A DNA stretch of 64,000 bases, from positions 2,752,001-2,816,000 of the forward strand of contig CBDFIQ010000002.1 of NCBI GenBank assembly GCA_965248195.1, in the 5' to 3' direction. Numbering within the stretch: position 1 is the stretch's first letter; every line of letters begins with the position of its first letter. The notes below the pieces were generated by a model. The model worked only from the letters and a program-made list of their open reading frames with translations. It had not been told where the DNA came from and did not search any database. Both the position numbers and the translations under genes were made by a program. This stretch comes from Longimicrobiales bacterium (GTDB taxonomy: Bacteria; Gemmatimonadota; Gemmatimonadetes; Longimicrobiales; Gaopeijiaceae). This document shows, in pieces, positions 18,701 to 29,752 of this stretch.

Positions 18701-20947
18701 TCACCGATTCAGGTTCGCCGGCGTGCAGCTGGAAGCGATGTGCTCGCACAGCGCGTTCGTGTACACCTCGATCATCGTGACGTAGCTGGTGAAATCGAAG
18801 GCCGCGCCATGCGCCCCGGGGGGGAAGAAGCGGAACTCCGCGTCCTTGCCGGCCCGTGCGAGCGCCGTCAGGAGCTGCATGGTGTGCTGCGGCTGCACGT
18901 TCTCATCCATTCCGGAATGGACCAGGAGGAGCTGGTCCTCGAGGGCTTCGACCCAGTTCAGCGTCGAGCTCCCCTGGTACCCGTCGGGGTTCTCGCCGAG
19001 AAGGCCCATGTACCGCTCGGTATAGATCGTGTCGTAGAGCCTCCAGTCGGTCGCGGGCGAGTTGGCGATACCCAACTTGAACACTCCGGGGTGCCGCAGC
19101 AGCGTCGAGATCGACATGAAGCCCCCGTAACTGGTGCCCTGGATCGCCATGCGATCCCCGTCGACCCATGGCTGCGACGCCAGCCATTGCGCGACCTCGG
19201 CGAAGTCGTTCGCCTCCCAGTCGCCCAACTCTCGATACACGATCTCCATGAAGTCGCGGCCATAGTTGCCCGACCCGCGGTTGTTGAGGCCGACCACGAT
19301 GTAGCCCTGCTGGGCGAGGTACTGGTGCCACCCGTCCGTCGCCCACTCATCGAACACCTGCTGCGATCCCGGTCCACCATAGATCGACACCACCACCGGG
19401 TGCGGCTGTGACGGGTCGAAGTTCGGCGGCCTGACCATCGAGCCGTCGAGCTCGACTCCGTCGGAGGTCGTGAAGCTGAACAGCTCGGTCGGTGAGTAGG
19501 CCCGGGCTTGGACGTACGCCTCGACCTCTGCGTTGTCCTCGAGCGTGCTCAGCAGCTCGCCGCCGCCCTGCGTGCTCCGGAGCTCGACCTGCCGTGGTTG
19601 GCTGCTGCTGGACCACGTGTCGATGTAGTAGTCCATGTTGGGGGACATGTCGATGGCGTGGTTTCCCGCCGCCGGCGTCAGCCGCCGCTTGCTCCGGCCG
19701 TCGAAGTCGATTCTGTAGAGGTGGCGCTGGAGCGGGCTCTCCTCCGTACCCGTGTAGTAGATCGTGCCGTTCTCTGAGTCGATGCCCTCCACACGTGTCA
19801 CTACCCACTCGCCACTCGTCACCTGATTCAGCAGCTCGCCGTCGTACGAATAACGATACAGGTGGTTGTAGCCGTCCCGGTCGCTGATCCAGAAGAACTC
19901 GCTCAAATCCTCCGGGAAGTAGAAGTAGTGCTGGACGTCGGCGAAGAAGTCGAACACGTCGATCCACGCGTCGCTCCGCTCCTCCATCACCAGACGCCGC
20001 TCACCCGAGCGCACATCGAAGAAGTACAGCTGGAGGTGGTTCTGGTGGCGGTTCAACGTGACGACAGCCAGCGTATTCGGGTCGCTCGTCCAGTAGATGC
20101 GGGGGACGTAGTGCTCACCGGCGAGGCCCACGTCCATCCAACGCGTCTCGCCCGAAGCCACGTCCACGACGCCGACGCGCACCTCCGAGTTGTCCTGCCC
20201 GACCTTCGGGAAGGGCATCACCGTCCACTCGGGGTACTGGCCTTCCCAATCCGTGATCTGGATCGTGGGTACGTCCGCCACGTGTAACTGCCAGTATGCG
20301 ATTCGTCGGCCGTCAGGGCTCCAGTCCCAGGCCTGCGTGAGGCCGAACTCCTCCTCGTAGACCCAGTCGAACACTCCGTTCCAGACGATGTCGGTGGCGC
20401 TGGACGTCAGACGACGCTCCCGCTGGGCGTCCATGTCGTAGACGAACAGGTCACCCCCACGCTCGTACGCGAGGAGCGCACCATCGGGCGACAGCTCCGC
20501 GGTGCGCGCGTCGTCGGCCGCCAGCACGAGCGACTCGTTCTCTACTCCGTAGACGTAAAAGTCAGCGACGCCGGAGTATCGGTAGACCGGCCGGAAATCC
20601 GCCTGGAAGACGACATGCCGCGAGTCCGGCGCCCAGTCGAAGGAACGGTACCGCAGCGCTTGCGACGTTCCCGGCACCGTCAGCACCGCCGGATCGAAGA
20701 GCAGCTCGTCGTTGCTCGACGCGGGGTCGTATGCTCGTACCTCCGCTCCCCTCGTCTGGGTGTTCACCAGCGTGTACGAGTACCGACGACCCTCGTCGAT
20801 CCAGTTCACCCCCGCCGGGCCCGCACGGCCCGCGAGCCGACCCGAGATGCTCACCGCCTCCTCCACACTTCCGATCCGTTCCTGGGCCCGTAGCGGGACC
20901 GCGCTCGCCAGCGCCAGCGTCATTACGAGGCTCGCAAACAATCTCAT
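18701..20947 (-). CDS. Dipeptidyl-peptidase IV-like S9B peptidase
   Basis: DWVYEEE, GTSYGG nucleophile, YTERYM, DENV, AHG. Confidence 0.93.
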   Translation of the reverse strand: MRLFASLVMTLALASAVPLRAQERIGSVEEAVSISGRLAGRAGPAGVNWIDEGRRYSYTLVNTQTRGAEVRAYDPASSNDELLFDPAVLTVPGTSQALRYRSFDWAPDSRHVVFQADFRPVYRYSGVADFYVYGVENESLVLAADDARTAELSPDGALLAYERGGDLFVYDMDAQRERRLTSSATDIVWNGVFDWVYEEEFGLTQAWDWSPDGRRIAYWQLHVADVPTIQITDWEGQYPEWTVMPFPKVGQDNSEVRVGVVDVASGETRWMDVGLAGEHYVPRIYWTSDPNTLAVVTLNRHQNHLQLYFFDVRSGERRLVMEERSDAWIDVFDFFADVQHYFYFPEDLSEFFWISDRDGYNHLYRYSYDGELLNQVTSGEWVVTRVEGIDSENGTIYYTGTEESPLQRHLYRIDFDGRSKRRLTPAAGNHAIDMSPNMDYYIDTWSSSSQPRQVELRSTQGGGELLSTLEDNAEVEAYVQARAYSPTELFSFTTSDGVELDGSMVRPPNFDPSQPHPVVVSIYGGPGSQQVFDEWATDGWHQYLAQQGYIVVGLNNRGSGNYGRDFMEIVYRELGDWEANDFAEVAQWLASQPWVDGDRMAIQGTSYGGFMSISTLLRHPGVFKLGIANSPATDWRLYDTIYTERYMGLLGENPDGYQGSSTLNWVEALEDQLLLVHSGMDENVQPQHTMQLLTALARAGKDAEFRFFPPGAHGAAFDFTSYVTMIEVYTNALCEHIASSCTPANLNR

Positions 20948-21162
20948 TTTTCCTCTCGCTCGATTCTGAGGGTCCTGTGACGGTCGGACAGGCCAGACGA
21001 TCACGTTCTCGGGGCCACAGACAAGGTAGGCGGAGGCCTCAGCGCAGTCGAGCGCACGTCCGAGCCCAGGTCTCGACGATCTCGATTGACACACTTTGGA
21101 TGAGCAGGTACGCTCGGTTGAATCGGTCTTCCAACAGAGCGGTCAAAAGAGGCGTGTGAACC

Positions 21163-21723
21163 ATGAACATCCTCCGCAAACCGAACATCGTTCGTAAACT
21201 TCTCGTGGTAATCGGGGTCCTGATCCTCATCCCGGTTGTCGCTCTGGGTACTCTGGCGGTCTCCGCGCGTAATTCCGACGGACCATCCGTAGTATTCAGT
21301 GGTGGACCGCTCGTTGCCGGTGAGCTGGTGACGGGTCCAGAGCCGGACTGGAGTTTCGCACGCGATGTCGGGACCATCGAACTGCAGCTCCTCGACCCTC
21401 CCCGGTCCCGAGTGATTTGGATCGCCGAGCACGAAGGCAAGGTCTATGTCGTGTCCGGATACATGGGCAGCTTTATCGGACGCCTGTGGAAACGATGGCC
21501 GGCGCAAGCGGAACGGGATGGCCGCGCTATCGTGCGCATCGCAGGAAAGAGGTATGAGCGCAGCCTCGTGCGCATCAAAGCGGGTGCGGTGGTGGAGGGC
21601 GTAGCTGCAGAGCTCCGCCGCAAATATGGGTCCGGAATCACACCTGCTGCCATCGAGGCGGAGACGAGCTGGCTTTTCGAGTTGGCCCCACCCGGCGCAG
21701 AAATGACCGGAGCGTCTAGGTGA
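21163..21723 (+). CDS. Hypothetical membrane-anchored protein
   Basis: N-terminal TM helix; coding-like composition. Confidence 0.7.
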   Translation: MNILRKPNIVRKLLVVIGVLILIPVVALGTLAVSARNSDGPSVVFSGGPLVAGELVTGPEPDWSFARDVGTIELQLLDPPRSRVIWIAEHEGKVYVVSGYMGSFIGRLWKRWPAQAERDGRAIVRIAGKRYERSLVRIKAGAVVEGVAAELRRKYGSGITPAAIEAETSWLFELAPPGAEMTGASR

Positions 21724-21848
21724 AACGGTTCTACTGGATTATGGGTGGTGTAATGATCGCCGTCGTGCTTACCGTTCTGTTCGTACCCGGGGTTGGGGAG
21801 TATATCGAAGGAGCGGTGTTGGGCTGGCTCGTTAGGCTGGCCGGGTAA
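21720..21848 (+). CDS. Small membrane protein (42 aa), absent from ORF track
   Basis: GTGA overlap with upstream stop; MKRFYWIMGGVMIAVVLTVLFVPGVGEYIEGAVLGWLVRLAG. Confidence 0.55.
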   Translation: MKRFYWIMGGVMIAVVLTVLFVPGVGEYIEGAVLGWLVRLAG

Positions 21849-21906
21849 AGTCCTCGAAGAGAGCTCCTCAAGGCTCGCTCTCGAATTGAGTTCCCTGGAA
21901 ACGTTC

Positions 21907-22233
21907 ATGACCAATCCCCCGCCCCTCGATGTGCTCGAGCAAGCTGCTGAGTGGAAAGCACAGGGCTCGGGCGTAGCCCTCGCGACGGTGGTTCGCACCT
22001 GGGGCTCCGCTCCACGACAGGCGGGCAGTCAAATGTGCATCGACGAGCACGGTCACTTCGTCGGCTCGGTGTCGGGCGGATGCGTCGAGGGCGCCGTAAT
22101 CCAGGAGGCACAGGAGCTCATCGTCGATGGGGGCACCAAGCTCCTGCAGTTCGGCGTGAGCGACGAGCAAGCCTGGGAGGTGGGGCTCACCTGCGGTGGC
22201 GAAGTGGAGATCTACGTCGAGAGAGTGGAGTGA
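21907..22233 (+). CDS. XdhC/CoxI family protein (N-terminal domain)
   Basis: ATVVRTWGSAPR, GSVSGGCVE, GLTCGG. Confidence 0.9.
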   Translation: MTNPPPLDVLEQAAEWKAQGSGVALATVVRTWGSAPRQAGSQMCIDEHGHFVGSVSGGCVEGAVIQEAQELIVDGGTKLLQFGVSDEQAWEVGLTCGGEVEIYVERVE

Positions 22234-22937
22234 AGGCGGAGCTCCTGAGCCAACTCGTCGAGGATCGGCGCCACGAGCGAGCCGTGGTCCTGGGCACCAA
22301 CTTGGACACCGGGGAGCAGATCCTCCTTTACCCGCTGGAAACAGGCTCGGACGCCGGCGGCCCCGAAACCTCGGAAGACCTTCAGCAGGCGGCTCGCACT
22401 GCGCTCCTGAACGACCGCTCGAAGCCGGTGGACGGCCCAGAAGGCCGCTTCTTCCTGCAGGTGCACAATACACCGCACCGCATGGTGCTGGTGGGCGCGG
22501 TACACATCGGCCAGCCCTTGGCCCAGATGGCGAGCCATGCCGGCTTCTCCGTCTCGGTCGTGGATCCCCGGGGGGCCTTCAACACGGAGGCTCGCTTTCC
22601 TGATGTGGATCGCCTCCTCTCGTGGCCGGATGCTGCACTCGAGGGTCTGGCGCTGAACCATCGGACCGCAGTGGTCATCCTCACCCACGACCCCAAGCTC
22701 GATGACCCCGCGCTGGCAGCCGCACTGGGCAGTCCCGCCTTCTACATCGGGGCCCTCGGAAGCCGTATGAATCATGGCCTGCGCCTCGAGCGGATGAGGG
22801 AGGCCGGGTTCGACGACGCGGCTTTGGCCAGGATTCGCGGCCCCGTGGGTCTCAAAATCGGGGCGCGGACACCCGGAGAGATCGCCGTGGCCATCCTGGC
22901 AGAGGTCATTGGGGAGCTCCGGCGGGACGCGACGTGA
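22230..22937 (+). CDS. XdhC family Moco chaperone (C-terminal domain)
   Basis: GAVHI, DPR, LTHDPKLDD, YIGALGS, GPVGL. Confidence 0.9.
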   Translation: MKAELLSQLVEDRRHERAVVLGTNLDTGEQILLYPLETGSDAGGPETSEDLQQAARTALLNDRSKPVDGPEGRFFLQVHNTPHRMVLVGAVHIGQPLAQMASHAGFSVSVVDPRGAFNTEARFPDVDRLLSWPDAALEGLALNHRTAVVILTHDPKLDDPALAAALGSPAFYIGALGSRMNHGLRLERMREAGFDDAALARIRGPVGLKIGARTPGEIAVAILAEVIGELRRDAT

Positions 22938-23001
22938 CCGACGAGGCGAGGGTGCGGCAGGTCCCGATGGATGCGCCCGGCGACTGAGCCCAACGACCTC
23001 A

Positions 23002-23634
23002 ATGTCCTCCCTCGAGATCGAAGAACGCTTCGAGCTAGACGCACATCCGGACGAGGCTTGGGCCTACCTCACCCGACCCGAGCGTATCGTCGAGTGTTTG
23101 CCTGGAGCCGAGCTCACCGAGGTCGTCGACGAGCGAAACTATGTGGGTGGGGTCAAGGTGAAGCTCGGCGCGGTAGCCATGGACTACAAGGGGACGGTGG
23201 AGTTCACAGAGATGGACCCCGAGCAGCGGATCATCCGGATGGAGGGCAAGGGCCGGGAACGCCGGGGCGGTGGTACGGTCACGCTGGCCATGGAGGGCAC
23301 GGTCCACGAGCTGGAAGGAGGCCGTTGTGAGGTCACGGTGACGGCGGACATCCAGCTGGCCGGCAAGATCGTTCGCTTCGGCAGGGGCATGATCCAGGTC
23401 GTCACCGCGCAGATCTTCAAGGAATTCACGGCATGCCTGGCCGCCGAGCTGGCGTCCGGCAAGGTGCGGCGAGAAGCGTCGGACGGAGACGCCGCCGCTC
23501 ATCCGCGCCCTACGGGAGAGTCCGGCGACGTTGCGAGCACACCCGCAGGCTCTAGCCCGGAAGCGCTGCCCCTGTTTCCGCTTCTCCTCCGGTCCTTCCG
23601 ATCGTGGCTCCGGCGGCTCTTCGAGCGGGAGTAG
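23002..23634 (+). CDS. coxG: CoxG/SRPBCC family protein
   Basis: CLPGAEL, VKVKLG, GKIVRFGRG; cox context. Confidence 0.85.
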   Translation: MSSLEIEERFELDAHPDEAWAYLTRPERIVECLPGAELTEVVDERNYVGGVKVKLGAVAMDYKGTVEFTEMDPEQRIIRMEGKGRERRGGGTVTLAMEGTVHELEGGRCEVTVTADIQLAGKIVRFGRGMIQVVTAQIFKEFTACLAAELASGKVRREASDGDAAAHPRPTGESGDVASTPAGSSPEALPLFPLLLRSFRSWLRRLFERE

Positions 23635-24865
23635 GCGGGAGGGTCAGAACCTGTGCCAACTCCCTCAGGCTGTTCAGGCTGTGCACGGGCCTGAAGTCGT
23701 CCACGTGCGGAAGGATGGCCCGGATGCCCTGGGCCTCCGGCTGGAACTCCTGGTAACGAAGGAGGGGATTCAGCCAGATCAGGCGGCGGCAGGAGCGGTG
23801 CAGCCGATCCATGGCCGCTCCCAGGCCCTCCCCCGCTTCCCTGTCCAACCCGTCGGTGATCAGGAGAACCACCGCTCCCTGCCCCAGCACCCGTCGGGAC
23901 CACGAACGGTTGAACTCCTCGAGACACGCCCCGATGCGCGTGCCGCCGTCCCAGTCCTTCACCGCATGGCGGAGGCGCTCCAGCGCCACGTCGCCGTCAC
24001 GATGCCGTAGGTGACGGGTGGCGTTGGTGAGGCGGGTCCCAAACAGGAAGGTAAACACCCGGTCCCTGTCGTTCGTGAGCGCGTGCAGGAAGTGGAGGAG
24101 CATGCGGGTGTATCCGGTCATGGACCCCGAGATGTCGCACAGGGCGACGAGGGGGGGAGGCCTCCGGCGGCGGGCGCGCCACTCCAGCGGTATGCTGGCC
24201 CCTCCGGCCCTGAGCGTCGCGCGGAGCGTGCGTCGTAGGTCCACCTCGGATCCTGCCGGGTTGGGACGGCGGCGCCGGGTGGCAAGGTCCCGCACCGGGA
24301 GCCGCATCCGGGCGATGGCTTCGCGGGCAGCCTCGATCTCCGCGACGGACATCTGCTCGAAGTCCTTCTCCGACAGAGCCTCACGTTCGGAGTAGGTCAT
24401 TCGCAGGTCCACCTCGACCCTGTCGCGTTCAGGGCCGCCGGGACCACCCTCTGCCCAGGCTTCGGCCAGGCGCCGCCGGAGGGGCGTGGGCGCCGGCACA
24501 GGCACCTTCGAGAGGGATAGGAGCTCCTCGAGGACCGCGTTTGGCGGAGGGCGATCCGACCAGAAAAGCCTGAAAGCCTCGTAAAAGGTGGGCCTGTGCT
24601 CACCGCGTCTCACGAAGACAGCGTGCAGCGCCCAGTAGAACTCGTCGGGGCGGGTGACGTCCACCGAGGCCAGGGCCCCCATGGCGTTGAGCACGTCACC
24701 CGGACCGGTGGGGAGCCCTGCGCGCCGCAGCAGCCGGGCGAAGTCGGTGACACGTTCGGTGAGCTGCTCGCCCCAGGCGGATCGATTGCGGCCTAGTCGC
24801 TCGCCACCTAATCCCTCGACCCCGGGTCCTTCGTCGCCGGTGGATCCGTCTCCGTCGGGCCTCAT
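23552..24865 (-). CDS. coxE: CoxE-like VWA domain protein
   Basis: DISGSM, GGTRIG, ITDG, IWLNPL; 3' end overlaps convergent coxG. Confidence 0.9.
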   Translation of the reverse strand: MRPDGDGSTGDEGPGVEGLGGERLGRNRSAWGEQLTERVTDFARLLRRAGLPTGPGDVLNAMGALASVDVTRPDEFYWALHAVFVRRGEHRPTFYEAFRLFWSDRPPPNAVLEELLSLSKVPVPAPTPLRRRLAEAWAEGGPGGPERDRVEVDLRMTYSEREALSEKDFEQMSVAEIEAAREAIARMRLPVRDLATRRRRPNPAGSEVDLRRTLRATLRAGGASIPLEWRARRRRPPPLVALCDISGSMTGYTRMLLHFLHALTNDRDRVFTFLFGTRLTNATRHLRHRDGDVALERLRHAVKDWDGGTRIGACLEEFNRSWSRRVLGQGAVVLLITDGLDREAGEGLGAAMDRLHRSCRRLIWLNPLLRYQEFQPEAQGIRAILPHVDDFRPVHSLNSLRELAQVLTLPPTPARRAAGATIGRTGGEAETGAALPG

Positions 24866-24884
24866 TCGACCGAACGTTTTTCCA

Positions 24885-25834
24885 TCAGACAACTTCGTGC
24901 AGGATGGCCAGAGCGGGCTCACCGCGTACCCGTGCCAGGTCGTCCTCGTACTTGAGAAGTATGCCCAGCGTCTCGTTCACCACGTCGGCGTCCAGGCTGG
25001 AACGCCCCAGGGTCAGAAGTGCGCACGTCCAGTCGATCGACTCGGCGAGACCGGGCAGCTTGAAGAGATCCTCCTGCCGCAGCCGTTGGACGAAGCCCAC
25101 CACCTGACGTGTGAACTCATCACCCGCCTCGGGCACCCGAACCGCCACGATCTCCGTCTCACGATCCCGGGTGGGATAGTCGATCCAGTGGTAGAAGCAC
25201 CGGCGCTTGAGGGCGTCGTGGATCTCGCGCGTGCGGTTGGAGGTGATGATCACCACGGGCGGCTCCTCGGCCTTGATGGTCCCCACCTCCGGCACCGTGA
25301 TCTGGAAGTCGGAGAGGAGCTCCAGCAAGAACGCCTCGAACGGCTCGTCGGTGCGGTCCAGCTCGTCGATGAGGAGGACTGGCGGGCCCTCCGGACGGGG
25401 CTCCAGTGCTTCGAGGAGCGGTCTGTGGATCAGGAACTCGTCCGAGAAGACGTCGGACTCGAGGCTCGCCCGATCCGTCACGCCCGCCGCTTCGGCGATC
25501 CGGATCTCGATCATCTGACGCGCGTAGTTCCACTCGTAGACGGCGGACGACACGTCCAGACCCTCATAACACTGCAGGCGGATCAGGCGCCTCTTGAGTC
25601 CCGTGGCCAGGACCTTCCCCACCTCGGTCTTGCCAACCCCCGCCTCTCCCTCCAGGAAGAGGGGCCTCCCCAGACGCAGTGACAGGAACACGGCCGTAGC
25701 GAGAGACCGGTCCGCTACATAACGCTCCTGCTCGAGAAGAGCGAGGGTCTCATCGACCGAGTCCGGGATCGAAACGCGCCCTTCTGATCCGCGCCCTTCT
25801 ATGCGCCCGCCTCCACTACGCGCCTGCCTTGCAC
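24885..25834 (-). CDS. coxD: CoxD/MoxR AAA+ ATPase (start uncertain)
   Basis: GEAGVGKT, LQCYEG, LLIDELD, ALKRRC; frame stays open upstream of 25691 (IPDSVDETLALLEQERYVADRSLAT). Confidence 0.88.
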
Positions 25835-25850
25835 TACGCCCCCTCCTTCA

Positions 25851-26645
25851 CTACGCGCACGCCTCCACAGCACGACGCGCCATCACGGAAACCAGGTGCG
25901 CCCTGTATTCGGCGCCGGCATCGGTATCCGAGACCAGACCCTCCTGGTCCACGCCGATGCCGTCGAGGCTTCCCGGCGAGAAGTCGGACGCGAGAGCGTC
26001 TTCCATGGCCCCGACGCGGAAGACTTTGTACCCCGCGCCAGACACGGCCACCCGGACGCCGTCATCGCCCTGGGCCACCATTACGCCGGCGATCGCATAC
26101 TTGGAGGCCGGGTTCGGGAACTTGGCGTAGGCTGCCTTCGCCGGAATGTGGAAGCGGACCGAGGTGATGATCTCGTCGTCCTCGAGTGGAGTCTCGAACA
26201 TGCCCACGAAGAAATCTGCGGCGGCGATCTCACGCCGATCGGTCACAACCGTGGCCCCGAGCGCGACCAGCGCGGCCGGATAGTCGGCCGCGGGATCACT
26301 GTGTGCCACCGAGCCACCCAACGTGCCACGGTTGCGCACCTGCGGGTCTCCGATCCCTCCCGCCAGATCGGCTAGCCCCGGGATCGCGTCGCGCACCTCC
26401 TCGGAGCCCTCCACCTCGGAGTGCGTCATTGCGGCCCCGATCACCAGCGCATCCCCGTCCCGCTGGATGCCGCGGAGCTCTTCGAGCCCCGCCAGCGAGA
26501 CGACGTCGCTAGGGGCAGCCATGTCCAGCTTCATGATGGGAAGCAGACTTTGGCCACCGGCCAGAAATTTGCCGGCCTCCGCGCCCTGCATGGCGCTCTG
26601 AGCCTCCGCCAGCGTGCCGGGGCTATGGAACGTGAAGTCATCCAT
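25851..26645 (-). CDS. coxM: Mo-hydroxylase FAD subunit (CoxM-like)
   Basis: [27 protein letters not shown]. Confidence 0.92.
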   Translation of the reverse strand: MDDFTFHSPGTLAEAQSAMQGAEAGKFLAGGQSLLPIMKLDMAAPSDVVSLAGLEELRGIQRDGDALVIGAAMTHSEVEGSEEVRDAIPGLADLAGGIGDPQVRNRGTLGGSVAHSDPAADYPAALVALGATVVTDRREIAAADFFVGMFETPLEDDEIITSVRFHIPAKAAYAKFPNPASKYAIAGVMVAQGDDGVRVAVSGAGYKVFRVGAMEDALASDFSPGSLDGIGVDQEGLVSDTDAGAEYRAHLVSVMARRAVEACA

Positions 26646-26657
26646 TGGTCTTCCCCC

Positions 26658-29027
26658 TCAGCTCGAGGCCTGTGCGTCCCGGATAGTGCGCCACACACGC
26701 TCCGGAGTCGCCGGCATGTCCATGTGCTCGACGCCGAGATGCGCCAAGGCGTCTACGACCGCGTTGATGACGGCCGGGGGAACCCCGATGGAGCCCACCT
26801 CGCCGACACCCTTCACACCCAGCGGGTTGTGGGTGCAGTTCGTGGTGTTGTGCCCCGTCTTGAAGAACGGCAGATCGGCCGCGCGGGGCATGCAGTAATT
26901 CATGTACGATCCCGTGATCAGCTGCCCACTATCATCGTACTTGCAGGACTCTAGAAGGGCCTGCCCGATTCCGTGAGCCAGGCCGCCATGCATCTGACCA
27001 TCCACGATCATGGGGTTGATGATGCGCCCCACATCGTCGGCGCAGGAAACGGCTACCAGATCGACGACTCCTGTTTCCGGGTCGATCTCCACTTCGGCCA
27101 CGTGAGCCCCGGCCGGGTAGGTGAAGTTCTTCGGATCGTAAAAGGCCGTCTCTTCCAGGCCCGGCTCCAGGCCCTCCGGATAATTGTGCGGCACATAGGC
27201 CGCCAGCGACACGTCGGCGAGACCCAAGGACTTGTCGGTACCCGCCACGGTGAAGCGTCCGTCCTCGAAGACGACGTCTGCTTCGGAAGCCTCCATGAGA
27301 TGGGCGGCGATCGTCGTGCCCTTCTTGATGATCTTCTGCAGGGCCTCGAAGATGGCAGACCCACCCACCGCCACCGACCGGGAGCCGTACGTGCCCATGC
27401 CGAAAGGCACCTGGGCGGTATCACCGTGAACGACCTCGATCTGATCGATCCCGATGCCCAGGCCCTCGGCCACGATCTGGGCGAAAGTCGTCTCGTGGCC
27501 CTGGCCGTGGCTGTGGCTCCCGGTAAAGACCGTCACACTCCCCGTGGGATGCACGCGCACCTGTCCCACCTCGAAGAGTCCGGCCCGGGCACCGAGGGCT
27601 CCGGCCACCGCCGACGGGGCGATCCCGCACGCTTCCAGGAACGTCGAGAGGCCGATCCCCCGCAGCTTGCCTCGGGACGCGGCCTCCTCCCTGCGAGCTT
27701 TGAAGCCCGTCCAGTCCGAGAGCTCCAGCACCAAGTCCAGCGTAGGTTCGTAATCCCCCGTGTCGTACTCCAGCGCCACCGGCGTCTGATAGGGAAACTG
27801 ATCCGGTTGAATGAAGTTCTTTCGCCGGATCTCCACCGGATCGATCCCCAGCCGCCGGGCGGCCACATCTACCAAGCGCTCGAGCATGAACGAGGCTTCC
27901 GGCCGCCCCGCACCACGAACAGCATCCACCGGCACTGTGTTGGTGAAGATCGCCTTCACTTCACCGTAGATGGCCGGCGTGGTGTAGCACCCGGCGAAGA
28001 GCGTACCGTGGAGGTACGTCGGGACCGCGGCCCCGAACGTCGAAATGTACGCACCCAGGTTGGCCAGGCAGCTCACCCGAAGACCCAAGAAGCGACCCTC
28101 ACCGTCGAGGGCGAGCTCTGCATGGGTTACGTGGTCCCGACCATGGGCGTCGGACATGAACGACTCGGAGCGCTCGGCGGTCCACTTCACGGGCCGTCCG
28201 ATCTTGGACGATGCCCAGGTCATGATGACCTCTTCCGCGTAGTGGAAGATCTTGGAGCCGAAACCGCCCCCTACGTCGGGCGACACCACACGGAGCTTGT
28301 GCTCCGGGATCTGCATGACGAACGCGCCCATGAGAAGTCGAATCACGTGTGGGTTCTGGCTCGACGTGTAGAGCGTGTAGTCGCCGCTCACCGAGTCGTA
28401 GTCGCCGATGGCCACACGAGGCTCGATGGCGTTCGGGATGAGGCGGTTTTGCACGATGTCGATCGACACCACGTGCTCGGCGGCCTCGAAGGCCGCGTCG
28501 GTGGGCGCCTTCTCACCGATCTCCCAGTCGTAACACACGTTGCCTGCTGCCTCTTCCCAAACCAGCGGCGCATCGTCGGCCACGGCCTGATTCAAGGACG
28601 CCACCGCCGGGAGGCTCTCGTAGTCGACCTCGACGAGCGCGGCCGCTTCCCTGGCCGCTGCCTTGGTCTCGGCCATGACGACTGCGACGATGTCGCCGAC
28701 GTGCCTTGCCCGGTCGACCACGATCGCCGGGTGGGGCGGCTCGACCATGGGTGAGCCGTCCTTGTTGTTGATGCCCCATCCGCAGGGCAGACCGCCTATC
28801 TCGTCGGCGGCCACGTCGGCTCCGGTGAACACGGCCACCACACCCGGGGCGGCCGCAGCCGCCGCGGTGTCGATTCCCGATATGTTGGCGTGTGCCTCAG
28901 GAGAGCGCACGAGGGCCGCGTAGGTCTGGCCCGGGCGGTTGATGTCGTCCGTATAGCGGCCCTTTCCCAAGAGGAAGCGGCCGTCTTCCTTCCGCCGTAC
29001 GGCGGCCCCGATTCCGTCCTCCGCCAT
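26658..29027 (-). CDS. coxL: Mo-hydroxylase large subunit, form II CoxL-like
   Basis: [20 protein letters not shown] loop, GQGHET, KGVGE; S-L-M gene order. Confidence 0.9.
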   Translation of the reverse strand: MAEDGIGAAVRRKEDGRFLLGKGRYTDDINRPGQTYAALVRSPEAHANISGIDTAAAAAAPGVVAVFTGADVAADEIGGLPCGWGINNKDGSPMVEPPHPAIVVDRARHVGDIVAVVMAETKAAAREAAALVEVDYESLPAVASLNQAVADDAPLVWEEAAGNVCYDWEIGEKAPTDAAFEAAEHVVSIDIVQNRLIPNAIEPRVAIGDYDSVSGDYTLYTSSQNPHVIRLLMGAFVMQIPEHKLRVVSPDVGGGFGSKIFHYAEEVIMTWASSKIGRPVKWTAERSESFMSDAHGRDHVTHAELALDGEGRFLGLRVSCLANLGAYISTFGAAVPTYLHGTLFAGCYTTPAIYGEVKAIFTNTVPVDAVRGAGRPEASFMLERLVDVAARRLGIDPVEIRRKNFIQPDQFPYQTPVALEYDTGDYEPTLDLVLELSDWTGFKARREEAASRGKLRGIGLSTFLEACGIAPSAVAGALGARAGLFEVGQVRVHPTGSVTVFTGSHSHGQGHETTFAQIVAEGLGIGIDQIEVVHGDTAQVPFGMGTYGSRSVAVGGSAIFEALQKIIKKGTTIAAHLMEASEADVVFEDGRFTVAGTDKSLGLADVSLAAYVPHNYPEGLEPGLEETAFYDPKNFTYPAGAHVAEVEIDPETGVVDLVAVSCADDVGRIINPMIVDGQMHGGLAHGIGQALLESCKYDDSGQLITGSYMNYCMPRAADLPFFKTGHNTTNCTHNPLGVKGVGEVGSIGVPPAVINAVVDALAHLGVEHMDMPATPERVWRTIRDAQASS

Positions 29028-29030
29028 GGC

Positions 29031-29498
29031 TCAGCCCCCCATTTCGGAGGCCGCTGCCTGCACGGCCTTCACGATGTTGTGGTAGCCGGTGCAGCGGCAG
29101 AGGTTGCCCTCCAGCCACTCCCGCACGTCGCCCTCCGACGGGTCGGGGTTGCGGCTCACCAATTCCATGCCGCTCAGGACCATGCCCGGTGTGCAGAAAC
29201 CACACTGAAGACCGTGATGCTCCTTGAAGGCCTCCTGCATGGGATGGAGCGCTCCGTTCGTCGCGACCCCTTCGATGGTCGTGACGTCGACGCCCTCGGC
29301 CTCGGCGGCCAACATGGTGCAGCTCTTGACCGACTTGCCCCCGACGTGGACCACGCACGCCCCGCACTGGCTCGTGTCGCACCCGACGTGGGTTCCGGTG
29401 AGCGCCAGGGTCTCCCGCAGAAAGTCCACCAGAAGGGTGCGTGCTTCGACTTCGTGCGAGACCGCTTGGCCGTTTACCTGCATCGAAACGACTGGCAT
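29031..29498 (-). CDS. coxS: Mo-hydroxylase [2Fe-2S] subunit (CoxS-like)
   Basis: [10 protein letters not shown]...[19 protein letters not shown]. Confidence 0.95.
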   Translation of the reverse strand: MPVVSMQVNGQAVSHEVEARTLLVDFLRETLALTGTHVGCDTSQCGACVVHVGGKSVKSCTMLAAEAEGVDVTTIEGVATNGALHPMQEAFKEHHGLQCGFCTPGMVLSGMELVSRNPDPSEGDVREWLEGNLCRCTGYHNIVKAVQAAASEMGG

Positions 29499-29602
29499 GA
29501 ACGACTCCCTGGTAGGGGAGAAGATTCACGGCCGGTCCCGAGGGATCCGGCCGTGAAGGTGGACGGGGTTAGGATGGGGAGCGGCAAACCCTTGGTCAAG
29601 CC

Positions 29603-29650
29603 AGGGACAGGGATTTCAATGGTCTTTTCCGAGTGCGGCACGCGGCTCGA
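29603..29650. promoter_or_regulatory. Conserved intergenic motif, copy A (upstream of coxS)
   Basis: AGGGACAGGGATTTCAATGGTCTTTTC...CGGCACGCGGCTCGA; near-identical to 30646-30689. Confidence 0.55.
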
Positions 29651-29677
29651 GCGGTCGTGGCAGGCCGCAAACGCACC

Positions 29678-29709
29678 CCGGGTCGTCCTTTGAGAAAAGG
29701 ACGACCCGG
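29678..29709 (-). terminator. Putative intrinsic terminator hairpin
   Basis: Perfect 14-bp stem CCGGGTCGTCCTTT/AAAGGACGACCCGG with 4-nt loop, downstream of 29753..30514; weak U tract. Confidence 0.65.
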
Positions 29710-29752
29710 TGCTGTTTCCCCTGGATCGGGGGTCCGGCCGAAGGGCCCGGGC

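Noticed and set aside
26973..28754. 593-aa plus-strand ORF
   Set aside because: Antisense shadow of coxL
26658..29027. Bona fide aerobic CO dehydrogenase (form I)
   Set aside because: Lacks AYxCSFR; gene order is S-L-M
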